In this document: piece after piece, positions 52,387-64,000 of the stretch
Position numbering within the stretch: position 1 is the first letter of the stretch
How the letters are laid out: every line of letters begins with the position of its first letter
Assembly (NCBI RefSeq): GCF_004010195.1
Contig: NC_057754.1
Coordinates: 7,684,695 to 7,748,694 of the forward strand
DNA length: 64,000 bases
Reading direction: 5' to 3'
Source of the DNA: Chiloscyllium plagiosum
Taxonomy: Eukaryota
Position numbers and translations under genes: made by a program
Notes under the pieces: model-generated
What the model was told of the DNA's origin: nothing
Database searches by the model: none
Seen by the model: only the letters and a program-made list of their open reading frames with translations

Positions 52387-53204
52387 GATTAGAAAACAGA
52401 CTCAGACTGTGGACTTTCCCACATGACACATTTGAATTGAGTGGGCGCTGGAGGGGAGGTGAGATGGTCTCCCAATAGCAACTCACTCTGGTGGGTTCTG
52501 AGGCCCCACTTGAGGGTGCGGTTGTATTTTTTTTGAGGGGATGTGCTTGGGGGGTGGGGGGGGGAAGTGGGGAAACCCACTGGCTTAACATGCTTTTAAA
52601 AATAAAGCCCCGTCGAAGGGAACATCGAAACAACTAAACATTAATTTTAGCTGGGGGCGAGGGAAGGGAAATTTTAAATAGTTGTTGGGGGGGGGAAGAT
52701 AACCCGCAGAAAGTGGGTCACTGGCAAAGAGCTCACGGTGGTGTGCGAGGGGAAAACTTCTCGCAAGCGGTTAAAACGGAGGAGGTGAGCCATCAGTGCT
52801 CTATCGCACAGGTACCTTTACCCAAGAGAGAGCTGCGTCAGAGTTAGTCCTTTCTCCCTGACCACGCGTGTACTCGCAGCTGGAGGATTGATACCTTTTC
52901 ACCAAGCAGACACCCACCCGCATCCTGTTTTGATCGGCTTTCCAGTAAATGACCTTTGTGAGATTTTTTTTTTTGGGGTGCTTTAGCCGACGTGACGTTC
53001 AGACATCCTGATGTCTGAAATTCCATTCTCTCGAACAGGATGTTTTTTTTTTCAAACCTGTGCTTTTTTTTTACTACGAGAGAGAGAGAGAGAGTACAAT
53101 TGTCCTCGCAAAGTCTCCACAGGCCCATTTTGTGTTCCACCAAACTCCCTCCACCCAGCCCATCATCTCAACCTCATCACCATGTCCTTTTCTCCCCTCT
53201 TAAG

Positions 53205-53370
53205 AATCACACAACACCAGGATACAGTCCAACAGGTTTGATTGGAGGCACTAGCTTTCAGAGCGCTGCTCCTTCATCAGGTGATTGAAAGCTAGGTGAG
53301 CTTCCAGTCAAACCTGTTGGACTTTAACCTGGTGTTGTGTGAATTTTAAGTTTGTCCACCCCTGTCCAAA
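53205..53370. mobile_element. Fold-back copy of the second hammerhead family (another copy at ~58252-58372)
   Basis: aatcacacaacaccagg...cctggtgttgtgtga arms; minus-strand core CTGATGA-A-GGAGC-agc-GCTCT-GAAA-GCTA at 53252-53280. Confidence 0.75.
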
Positions 53371-53494
53371 TCATGACTTTTCTCCCCTTGACTTTATCCA
53401 TCAGTCCTCCGAGGAACGTGTCTGTTGTATTCACATCTGCGGTTGATATTTCCACACTCGCCCACTCTCTGGTGAAGGAGGTTTCTCCCATGGA

Positions 53495-54293
53495 ATTCCG
53501 ATGTGGAAGCAGGCCATTCAGCCCACACCAAACCCGTCCCCTTCCCAGGGAGCATCCCATCCAGACTCATCCCTCTGCTCTATACCTGCATTTCCCATGA
53601 CTAATGCACTTAAGCTGCACCTCCCTGAACACTGTGGGCAAGTTAGCACGGCCAATCCACCCTAACCTGCACATCCCTGGACACTATGGACAATTTAGCA
53701 CGGCCAATCCACCCTAACCTGCACACCCCTGGGCACTATGGGACAATTTAGCATGGCCAATCCCCCCAACCTGCACATCCCTGGGCACTATGGGACAATT
53801 TAGCACGGCCAATCCCCCCTAACCTGCATGTCCCTGTGCACTATGGGACAATTTAGCGCGGCCAATCCATCCTAACCTGCCCATCCCTGACACTATGGGA
53901 CAATTTAGCACGGCCAGTGCACCCTAACCTGCACACCTCTCGGCACTATGGGACAATTTAGCATGGCCAATCCACCCTAACCTGCACGTCCCTGGGCACT
54001 ATGGGACAATTTAGCACGGCCAATCCCCCCTAACCTGCATGTCCCTGGGCACTATGGGACAATTTAGCATGGCCAATCCACCCTAACCTGCACATCCCTG
54101 GACACTATGGGACAATTTAGCATGGCCAATCCACCCTAAGCTGCAAATCTTTGGACTCTGGGAGGAAACCAGAGCATCCAGATAAAACCCCACGCAGACA
54201 TGGGGAGAACGTGCAAACTCCACACAGTCGCCCGATGGTGGGATTGAACCCGGGTCCCTGATGCTGTGAGGCAGCAGTGCTAACCACTGAGCC
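53495..54293 (-). mobile_element. V-SINE with ~10 tandem 52-53-bp central units
   Basis: Units run from ~53632 to ~54150. Confidence 0.85.
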
Positions 54294-54805
54294 CTTCCTT
54301 CGATTATTTATGGCTCTGCATTCCTTTGAGAAGGAAACCTACTTTGTCCCTGGGATTTGGATGCCGTTGGTTAGACCAGTATTTACTGTCTGGGCTGTTG
54401 CAACCATCAGACAACCATTGGCAAGTTCCCATTTAACACCTGCCCTTATCCCTGCTATAAACTTTGAATCCCCTAACAAAAACCTCCAGCTTAATAGCCC
54501 TATCTCTGCCAACTTCAGAGATGCAGAGATCACCCCTCTGAGAGGAAAACGGCTCCTCTTGATAGATTTCCGTGTGTTCATGTTCTAACCCTCACCGAAA
54601 TCTTGTTGTATTCCTCGTTCGTCTACACTATTCCAAAGCTGCAAAGCAATAAATGATATTTTTAAAACGGGTGCAAGTGGGTACTGCAGGTGCTGGAGAT
54701 TGGAGTCAAGATGAGAGTGGTGCTGGAAAAGCACAGCAGGTCAGGCAGGGTCCGAGTGCACGAGAATCGATGTTTCGGGCAAAATTTGATCCAACCCACT
54801 CTATC

Positions 54806-55308
54806 TTAGAATCCCTACAGTGTAGAAACAGGCCGTTCGGCCCAACAAGTCCACACCGACCCTCTGAAGAGTATCACAATCAAATCCATTCCCTATTACT
54901 CTACATTCATCCCTGACTAATGCACCTAACTTGCACACCCCTGGGCACTATGGGACAATTTAGCACGGCCAATCCACCCTAACCTGCACATCCCTGGACA
55001 CTATGGGACAATTTAGCATGGCCAATCCACCCTAACCTGCACATCCCTGGGCACTATGGGACAATTTAGCACGGCCAATCCACCCTAACCTGCACATCCC
55101 TGGACACTATGGGACAATTTAGCGTGGCCAATCCACCCTAACCTGCACATCTTTGGACTGTGGGAGGAACCCGGAGCACCCAGAGGAAACCCACGCAGAC
55201 ACGGGGAGAACGTGTAAACTCCACACAGACAATCGATCGAGGCCGGAATCGAACCCAGGTCCCTGGCGCTATGAGGCAGCAGTGCTAACCACTGAGCCAC
55301 TGTGCCAC
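54806..55308 (-). mobile_element. V-SINE with 4 tandem 53-bp units
   Basis: Units start at 54948, 55001, 55054 and 55107. Confidence 0.85.
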
Positions 55309-56699
55309 CATAAAGCGGCGATTATTGCTAACTGCCCTTTGTAAAGGTGAGTGGTGAGCTGCCTTCTTGAACTGCCGCAGTCTATCTGGTATAGGTGGAC
55401 CCACATTGGGAAGTGAGGTCAGGGACCAAAGGTTGACTGATTAACGTTGACTGATATAGAGGAAGGCGGGGATATAGAGGAGATTCACCAGGATGTTGCC
55501 TGGGAGGGAGCATTTCAACTATGGAGAGAGGCTGGATAAGCTCGGGTTGCTTTCTTTGGAGCAGTTGGGGGGTTGGGTGGTGCCTGACAGAGGTGTAGAA
55601 GATTATGAGGGTGGATAGAAAGCAGCTTAGAGGAAGGGTCAAGAACAGGAGCATAGGTTTAAAGTGAAAGACAGGAGGTTTAGAGGGGATTTGAGGAAAA
55701 ATAGAGGGTGGAGTGGGTCCGAAATGGAGGATAGTTGAGACAGGAAACCTTACAACCGGTACTTGAATGAGCACTTGAAGTGTCATAACATTCAAAACGC
55801 TATGGCTAGTGCAAGCAAGTGGGACTGGAGTGTTTTTTTGAGCAGTACAATCTTGATGGGCTGAAGGGCCTGTATGGTTCTATGAATGTGGACTGCTTGA
55901 GGCCTGAATAGTGGCAGTGCGTTCAAGAAGAGGTGGTGGCGTTGCGGGAACGTCACAGGTTCACTGATCCGGTGAGTCAGGCTAATGGTCTTGGAGGCAT
56001 GAGTTCAAATCCCATCACGGCAATCGGTGGAATTTGAGCTCAACAGATGAACCTGGAAGTTGAGGCCATGGTGATTGTCATAAAAACACATGGGCTGGTT
56101 CACCGAAGCCCTCAAGGGAAGCACATTCCCTTCACTAAACTGGTCTGGCCTACATGTGACTCCAGACCCCTCACAAATTAACTGCTCCTAACAGTTGTAT
56201 CAAACTACTACCCCAGTCTAAAAGGAATGCACTGCATTGATTTGAAAGGTAGCTCATCACCTAACATTTTGGAGGGAGATTAACATGACCTCAAGGCGTA
56301 TTTAGGGACAGGCAACAAATTCGGGCCTAGCTAGGATTGCCTACATTCTGTGGACAAGTACGTCAACTGGATAAATACATGGTGGAAGAGGGAGGTAAAG
56401 AAATAGGTAGAAAGACAGGGGTAAGGTGAAGAGGGGTTGGCCTATTTTCATGCTGCACATTTCTATTCATGTCAGATTGACCACATCTTCTCCTCCCTGG
56501 AGATGGTAAGGGAGGAGATGAGAAGGGGGAATAATGGGAGCAAGATGGTCTTGGGGATTGACTGTCCTGCTTTGCCACCTTTGCAATTAATTTCTAGGCA
56601 CAAAGTTCCACTTTCTCAACCTGCTGCTAATTAAGTCCATTAACTGATCACTTAATGGCTAGTTAAGGCACTCAAGCCCACTTCTTCCATCATCTACCT

Positions 56700-59600
56700 C
56701 TGTGTCCAGGGTGCAGGGATGGATTGTATGGCTGCCAAACTGGCTGATGACACAAAGATATGTAAGTTGTGAAAGGGACATTAAGGGGGCTATAAAACAA
56801 GAGAGACTGGCTAAGTATGTGAGCAAAGATCTGGAAAATGGTGTCCAATGTGACAGCAAGTATTTATGTGATCAAAATGCTGAGAGATTGCAGAGCTTTG
56901 AGATGCAGAGAGATCTGGGTGTCCTCATGCACAAATTACAAAAGGCTAGCGTACAGGCACAGCAGGGATTTAGGAAATTTAATAGAATGCATGGTTTATC
57001 GTGAGAGGAATTGAATACAAAAGTAGGGAGGTTATGCTTCAGGTCTGCAGGGCACTGGTTGGACTCCATCTGGAATACTGTGTACTGTATTCATCTCTTC
57101 TCATTCAAAGGAAGATGGAAATGTGTTCAAAGCAACTCAGAGAGGGTTTGTTAAATTAATAGAACATAGAACAGTGCAGCACAGGACTGGGACCTTTGGC
57201 CCACTATGTTGTGCCAAACATAGACTACAACAGCGCAGTACAGGCCGTTCGCCCCTCGATGTTGCGCTGACCTGTGAAATCAATCTGAAGCTCATCTAGC
57301 CTACACTATTTCCATTCTTGTCCATTTACCTATCCAATGACCATTTAAATGCCCTTAAAGTCGGTGAGTCCACTACTGTTGCAGGCAGGGCATTCCATGC
57401 CCCCTACTTCTCCCCGAGTAAAGAAACTAGCTCTGACATCTGTACTATATCTATCACCCCTCAATTTAAAGCTATGTCCGCTCTTGCTAGCCATCGCCAT
57501 CCAAGGAAAAAGGCTCTCACTGTCCAATGTGATGCCAAATTAAACTAATCCCTTGTGTCTGCCCATGGTTCACATTAATCTGTTCTTTGCATATTCATTC
57601 CCTTCTGTAAAAATTGCTTAAACACCCCAATCATATCTGCCTCAACACCACCCCTAGCAGCATGTTCTAGACTTCTACCACCCTCTGTATAAAAAACATG
57701 CCCCTCACATCTCCTTTGAACCTCCCCCCCCCACCACCCACCTTAAATGCATGCCATATAATTTCAGACATTTCAACTCTGGGAAAAAGATTCCGATCAT
57801 CAACCTCATCTATGCATCTCATAATTTTATAGACTTCTATTACGTCTCCCCTCAGTCTCCACCTCTCCAGAGAAAACAACCTGAGTTTTTCTAGCTTCAG
57901 CTTACAGTCCATACGCTTTGATCCAGGCAGCATCCTGGTAATTGTCTTCTGCGCCCTCTCCCAGGCCTCCACATCCTTCCTGTGATGTGGCGGCCAGAAT
58001 CGAATGCGATGATAATACCTGAGTTGTTTTATGAGGAAAGGCTGGACAGGCTGGGCTTGCCTCCACTGGAGTTTGGACGACTAAGCGGTGACTTGCTTGA
58101 AAGATGTGGAGAGAATGCTTCCTGTCATAGAGAGAATTGAGAATGAGGCGCCAATCTTCCAAATGAAGGGGTCAGCCATTTGAGACACTGATGAGGCGAG
58201 AGGGTCAGGAGTCACAGAGCGTCAAGAATCTTTGGAGTCCTCTTCCTTAAAAGTTTAAAAATCACAACGCACCAGGTTACCGTCCAACAGGTTTATTTGG
58301 AAGCACTAGCTTTCAGAGCGCTGCTCCATCATCAGGTTGTGTGATTTTTAAACTTTGCGCACCCCAGTCCAAACCATTCCTAAAAAGGCAGTGGAAGCAG
58401 AGTCTTTGAATATTTTTACAGCAGATGCCGAGTAAGCAATGAGGGGGAGTGGGATGGCGAAGTTGAGGTGGCAGTCCGATCAGCCATGGTTTTATGAAAT
58501 GTACAAGCCAGCTGGAGGGCTAAATGTGCTACTGCTCCTTGTCTGTATGTTCGATAAGATGACCTCTCAATTTGCCTTTCTAATCACTTGCTGGACCTGC
58601 ACACTAACCTTTTGGGTTTCATGTACCAAGAGCATTCAGAGCTCCCGTACCGCAGTGTTGTGCAATCTCTCCCCACTTAAAGTGTTTGATGCTTTTTAAA
58701 AAATTCATCCTGTTAAATTGAACAAGATTGCACTTTCCCATTTTATAGTCCTGCTGCCAATTTTATTGTGGTGAATGGAGGGGAACAGGTGGATGTAGTA
58801 TACTTGGATTTCCAGAAGGTGTTTGATAAGATGCCACATAAAAGACTCACCCCTAAGATAAGAATGCATGGAGTAGAGGGGAATGTACTAGCGTGGATAG
58901 AGGACTGGTTAATCAATAGAAAGCAGAGAGTTGGGATAAATGGGTGTTTCTCTGGTTGGAAATAAGTGGTGAGCGGGGTGTCAAGGGGCCGGTGTGGACC
59001 CACAACTGTTCCTGATATATATAAATGCTTTGGAAGAGGAGACTGAGTGTAACGTATCCAAGTTTGCTGATGACACTTTATTGAGTGGAAAGGCAAACTG
59101 TGCAGGAGATGCGGAGGGTCTGCAGAGAGATTTAGATGCAGTGTGAGCGAGCAAGGGTCTGGCAGGTGGAGCACAATGTTGGTAAATGTGAGGTTATTCA
59201 CTTTGGAAGTAAAAATAGTAGGTCAGAGTATTATTTAGGGAGAAAGTGAGGTCTGCAGATGCTGGAGATCAGAGCTGAAAATGTGTTGCTGGAACTGCGC
59301 AGCAGGTCAGGCAGCATCCAAGGAACAGGAGAATCGACGTTTCGGGCATAAGCCCTGTTCCAGCAACACATTTTCAGCAGAGTATTATTTAAATGGTGAA
59401 AGACTGCAGCATGCTGTTGTGCAGCAGGACTTAGGAGAGCTCGTACATGAATCACTAAAATTTGATTTGCAGGTACAACAGGTGATCAGCAAGGCAAACG
59501 GAATATTAGCTTTCATTGCTAGAGGGATTGAATTTAAGAGCAGGGAGGTTCTGCTGCGATTGTACCTGGAGTATTGTGTGGAGTTCTAGTCTCCTTTCTT

Positions 59601-60086
59601 GAGGAAGGATATACTGGCTTTGGAGGGGGTGCAGAGGAGGTTCACTGGCTTGATTCTGCAGTTGAGGGGGTTACCCTATGAGGAGAGGTTGAGCTCCCTG
59701 GGACTGTACTTGCTAGAATTTAGAGGGATGCGAGGGCATCTGATAGAAACATTCAAAATTATGAAAGGAATAGATAAGGTAGAGGTTGTTTCCACTGGTG
59801 GGTGAGACTAGGACCAGGGACATGGCCTCAAGATTAGGGGGAGTAGATTTAGAGATGTGGAGGAACTGCTTTTCTCAGAGAGTAGCGAATCTATGGAAAT
59901 CTCTGTAAAGACAGCTTCATTAAATATAGTCAAGACACAACTGGATGGGTTTTTACATGGTCGGGGAAGTTAAGGGTTATGGGGATAATGCAGACAGGAG
60001 CAGCTGAGACGATGGATAGATCAGCCATGGTCTTAATGAATGGCAGAGCAGGTTGATGGGCCAAATGGCCTACTCCTGCTCCTAAT
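56700..60086. mobile_element. Cluster of CR1 fragments in both orientations
   Basis: VDVVYLDFQKVFDKMPHKRL..WIEDWL (58768-58965), LEGVQRRFT, LFSLERWRLRGDVIEVYKI. Confidence 0.8.
59238..59377 (-). mobile_element. Short hammerhead-family insertion, partial fold-back
   Basis: 14-bp TSD cagagtattattta at 59224-59237 and 59378-59391; inside a CR1 RT fragment. Confidence 0.8.
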
Positions 60087-60586
60087 NNNNNNNNNNNNNN
60101 NNNNNNNNNNNNNNNNNNNNNNNNNNNNNNNNNNNNNNNNNNNNNNNNNNNNNNNNNNNNNNNNNNNNNNNNNNNNNNNNNNNNNNNNNNNNNNNNNNNN
60201 NNNNNNNNNNNNNNNNNNNNNNNNNNNNNNNNNNNNNNNNNNNNNNNNNNNNNNNNNNNNNNNNNNNNNNNNNNNNNNNNNNNNNNNNNNNNNNNNNNNN
60301 NNNNNNNNNNNNNNNNNNNNNNNNNNNNNNNNNNNNNNNNNNNNNNNNNNNNNNNNNNNNNNNNNNNNNNNNNNNNNNNNNNNNNNNNNNNNNNNNNNNN
60401 NNNNNNNNNNNNNNNNNNNNNNNNNNNNNNNNNNNNNNNNNNNNNNNNNNNNNNNNNNNNNNNNNNNNNNNNNNNNNNNNNNNNNNNNNNNNNNNNNNNN
60501 NNNNNNNNNNNNNNNNNNNNNNNNNNNNNNNNNNNNNNNNNNNNNNNNNNNNNNNNNNNNNNNNNNNNNNNNNNNNNNNNNNNNNN
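60087..60586. other. Scaffold gap of exactly 500 N
   Basis: The round number suggests a placeholder of unknown true size. Confidence 0.9.
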
Positions 60587-60747
60587 CAGAGAGTGGGGGC
60601 GGGTTCATCTGGAGGGATGGCCCTGGGCCGTCATTTAACGTTCGACAAACGTCAGCGACACACAGACCTGTTGGTCGTTATCATATTGCTATTTGTGGAA
60701 TCTTGCTGCCACGTCTCCCTACGTTACCGTGGTGCTATATAAATAAA

Positions 60748-61317
60748 TGTCAGAGATATACAGCATGCAAATAGACCCTTCGGTCCAACCCGTCCATGCT
60801 GACCAGATATCCCAACCCAATCTAGTCCCACCTGCCAGCACCCGGCCCACAGCCCTCCAAACCCTTCCTATTCATATACCCATCCAGATGCCTATTCAAT
60901 GTTGTCATTGTACCAGCCTCCACCACTTCCTCTGGCAGCTCATTCCATACACGTACCACCCTCTGTGTGAAAAAGTTGCCCCTTAGGTCTCGTTTATATC
61001 TTACCCCTCTCACCCTAAACCTATGCCCTCTCGTTCTGGACTCCCCGACCCCAGGGAAAAGACCTTGCCTATTTATCCTGTCCGTGTCCCTCATAATTTT
61101 ATAAACTTCCATAAGGTCACCCCTCAGCCTCTGACGCTCCAGGGAAAACAGCCCCAGCCTGTTCAGCCACTCCCTGTAGCTCAAACCCTCCAACCCTGGA
61201 AACATCCTTGTAAATCTTTTCTGAACCCTTTCAAGTTTCACAACATCCTTCCGATAGGAAGGAGTCCAGAATTGCACGCAATATTCCAATAGTGGCCTAA
61301 CCAATGTCCTGTACAGT
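60748..61317 (-). mobile_element. CR1 3' fragment, young and uninterrupted
   Basis: LYRTLVRPLLEYCVQFWTP...GAGRWD* in one frame. Confidence 0.9.
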
Positions 61318-61399
61318 CTTTTGACTCTTTCCAATCTCTGTCTGAGAGGTACATCTAGGTGAGGACACTTGACACATTCCCATAACACAGATCCAGGCT

Positions 61400-61570
61400 C
61401 GGCGCTGAGGGAGCGCCGGGCCGCCGGAGGGGGTCGGCGCCGAGGGAGCGCCGCGCTGTCGGAGGGGGACGGCGCCGAGGGAGCGCCGCGCTGTCGGAGG
61501 GGGACGGCGCCGAGGGAGCGCCGCACTGTCGGAGGGGGACGGCGCCGAGGGAGCGCCGCACTGTCGGAGG
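61400..61570. repeat. 33-bp minisatellite, CpG-rich variant
   Basis: ~5 copies of gagggagcgccgcactgtcggagggggacggcgcc-like units. Confidence 0.9.
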
Positions 61571-62484
61571 TACCACCTTTCAGATATTGAGACCCCAGCC
61601 TGCCCTCAGGGGTGTCACTATTGGTGGGGGGGGAGCTGGAACAGTGTTCTCCCTGATGATCTGGGACTTCTTTGAGAGAACCTCCCAAATCCCAGAGCGC
61701 CAAGGATATGGGCAACAGATGCCTGGGGTACCCCGGCGCTCCAACCTCCACCCCATGGAGTGCAGCGGTTCAAGATGGCAGCTCTACACCTCCTTCTCAA
61801 GGGGCCATATGGAATGGCAATCAGGGGCCAATCCCACCAACAAATGCGTCCCTCAACCAACGCCTTGATCAATGAACCATTCAGATCACTGCTGCTCTGC
61901 GGAATCTTACTGTGTACAAGGTGGTCATCTCTTTTCTGATGGAAGCAAACACCCTTAGGCCACTGGAAAAGGATCCGTTGTTGCCGTAGGAAAGTCAGAA
62001 ATAGGAATGGGAGTTGTCCCCGAGCCTGCTCCTTTGTCTGATAGGATCCCGGCCTAGTCGACCCACCTCCCATCCTGCCCTTCTCCCGTAACCCGCAAGT
62101 CCCCAAAAACAAAATCTCCTCAGTCCTGGGCTGGTTCTTGTCGAACCTGCTCTGAACCTTGCCCACACCAGGCCCCTGGTCGCCGTGGGAGATAGCTGCT
62201 TTCCTGTGTGGTCTCGCCTCGTTTACCCCCACGGCCTTCAGGCTGGGAGACTGGGGTTACTGGGCCCCAAAGCCTCGGGGGTGGGGGAGGGGCGGAGCAG
62301 AAGGCTCCCCCGTTACCCTCTGTCCCATTCATTGCTTCATCACCTACCTATCCCTCACTCCACTGCTCCAGCAGGGAGGGAGAGGACAGGGGGATAAAGG
62401 TTTCTGGGGAGTGGCGAGGGGGCAGTTTCTCTAGCAGCAGGTTTCAGGGGTGACTGGTCCACAGCAGGCCTCCCACACACTCAC

Positions 62485-62681
62485 CATCTTCATGACCTCG
62501 GGGTAGATGGGTTCAATGAGTAAGCCGCGGCCTGTAGCAATGCTCTCCACCAGCTCGTTGAGGGCCGCTCGCTTGATCTCCTTCCCCTTCAGGTCAGCAA
62601 CACAGTCCATGAAGTCAAAGACAATACAACACTGCTGCAGCTTCTTACAGAACAGGTCATGTAAATCCGACACCGCGGCAT
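62485..62681 (-). CDS. PPP2R5B: PP2A regulatory subunit B56-beta, internal coding exon
   Basis: Acceptor ctctctctccccccag| (phase 1), donor ATG|gtgagt; 197 nt; encodes (D)AAVSDLHDLFCKKLQQCCIVFDFMDCVADLKGKEIKRAALNELVESIATGRGLLIEPIYPEVMKM. DCVADLKGKE, RAALNELVE and IEP.YP match the beta paralogue better than alpha, as recalled from the human sequences. Confidence 0.88.
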
Positions 62682-63509
62682 CTGGGGGGAGAGAGAGACA
62701 CACACACAGGAGAGTAAGTGAGACAGGGATAGAGAGAGGGGGTGGGTGAGTGAGAGAGAGAGAGAGAGAGGGGGAGAGGGAGGGTGAGAGATAGAGAGTC
62801 GATGAACTGTGAGAGAGATCGACTGCAAGATGGAGGGGGAAGAGGGAGGGACCGAGAGATAGGCCATGGGGACAGTCACAATGTGAGATGGAAATTCAGA
62901 GAGAAATGGACACAGAGAGACATAGACACGGAGACAGAGTCAGAGAGAGGAGGATCAGAGGGCAGGCTTGGTGAGAGTGGGTGAGGTTTCAGACCACGAT
63001 AGTCCAGCACCACAGAATACAACTAAACCATGGCCACCCGGCTGCTCGAGTCTGCTGCCCCATTCAGCAAGCCTCCCTTGCCTTCAATCCCCCCTCCCCC
63101 ACTGCCTCAACTCTCTGGGACCCCAGAAAGATCCAACGCTCCCTCTGCCATTTCCACGGTGGGTCAGAGTCACGTCTCTCCCCCACCCCCCCACCCCCCG
63201 CCCAGGGTAGAGGTTTCCAGAGACGCAGAGTCATCACCTGATATGCCCAAGGATGGGAGAATGCCCTAACCCGGGTGGGAACGTGAACTAATCTGGTCCG
63301 GGAGGGAGGGGAGGGGGCAGGGTTGGTGCACACTGGTTTGGGCAGGGAGTAGGGAGGAGTGATGTGGACCAGTGGTGGCACACCACCAGGGGGCAGGGTG
63401 AACTGCTGGGACTCCTGGCTCAGAGGCAAGGGCACTACCCACCACAGATGCCCCTGGGGACAGTGTGATGGTGGGGACTGGTCTGTACAATCCATGAGCA
63501 CGTACTCAC

Positions 63510-63552
63510 GCATCTTAGAGCGAGGGCGCGCTACAGTCACTGGGACATCCAT
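63510..63552 (-). CDS. Candidate alternative first coding exon of PPP2R5B
   Basis: aagATGG Kozak; encodes MDVPVTVARPRSKM plus 1 nt; donor |gtgagta in phase 1, matching the phase-1 acceptor at 62681. Confidence 0.4.
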
Positions 63553-64000
63553 CTTGGAGGGGTGTCTTCCTGAGTCCTTCCCTCATGGGGGGAGGGGTGG
63601 GCAAGGTGGCCAACTCAGAAGGAAGGCAGCCGCGCGTAACCCCTCACTCCCTCCACGCTTCCATCTCCTCGCTGGCCTCTTCCACATACCCCTGGTCCCA
63701 GCCACATCCACTCCCACCTCCCAGACTCACCCCACCCCCTCCCCAGCAAACAAACCCCCGGGCACTCCCCACCAACCTCGCCCACCGATACACCCCCCCA
63801 CCCTTCGGCTCTGCCCGCCTCACAACAGCACCCCGGCCCCACCCTCTAATCCCCCCCCTCCCCACCCCACCACCCTCGCTACTCGCTCTGAGAGGGCCCA
63901 CTCCCAGCTTCTGTGACATCACAGACTAGGCACCAGGGCTCACACTGAGCCTGGGGGGGTGGGAGAGGGGGTTTAAGTGGAGGAGGGCGGGTCCATCACA

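Noticed and set aside
54590..54656. EILLYSSFVYTI resembling a MAJIN segment
   Set aside because: Short, out-of-register similarity with no supporting splice sites or other exons.
60822..61751. 309-aa ORF
   Set aside because: Chance fusion of a minisatellite and the CR1 ORF2 C-terminus.

Overview
Repeat-dense vertebrate genomic DNA, inferred to be a cartilaginous fish (shark) from HE1/V-SINE-like and CR1(HER1)-like repeats. It contains several N-gaps. Host genes: (1) a complete three-exon BATF-family bZIP gene on + (CDS 42441-42509, 43970-44074, 49193-49408; 129 aa). It has BATF2-type zipper residues, no long C-terminal tail, and a promoter with NF-kB, IRF, ETS and TATA-like motifs. (2) One clear internal exon of PPP2R5B (PP2A B56-beta) on - (62485-62681), plus a candidate alternative first exon. 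The convergent BATF/PPP2R5B arrangement matches the human BATF2-PPP2R5B neighbourhood. Mobile DNA: a decayed Gmr1-like Ty3/gypsy element (SCAN-like gag, integrase upstream of RT, tRNA-Pro-like PBS, one LTR), Penelope RT/GIY-YIG fragments, many CR1 fragments, a Rex1/Babar fragment, and V-SINEs with tandemly amplified central domains. The most striking non-coding signal is a set of short, often fold-back insertions with 14-16 bp target-site duplications. They carry minimal hammerhead-ribozyme cores whose stems covary between copies. Other items: a perfect 38-bp inverted repeat downstream of the BATF stop codon and a candidate bidirectional promoter near 17.8-18.4 kb. All calls were made by eye, and repeat boundaries are approximate.
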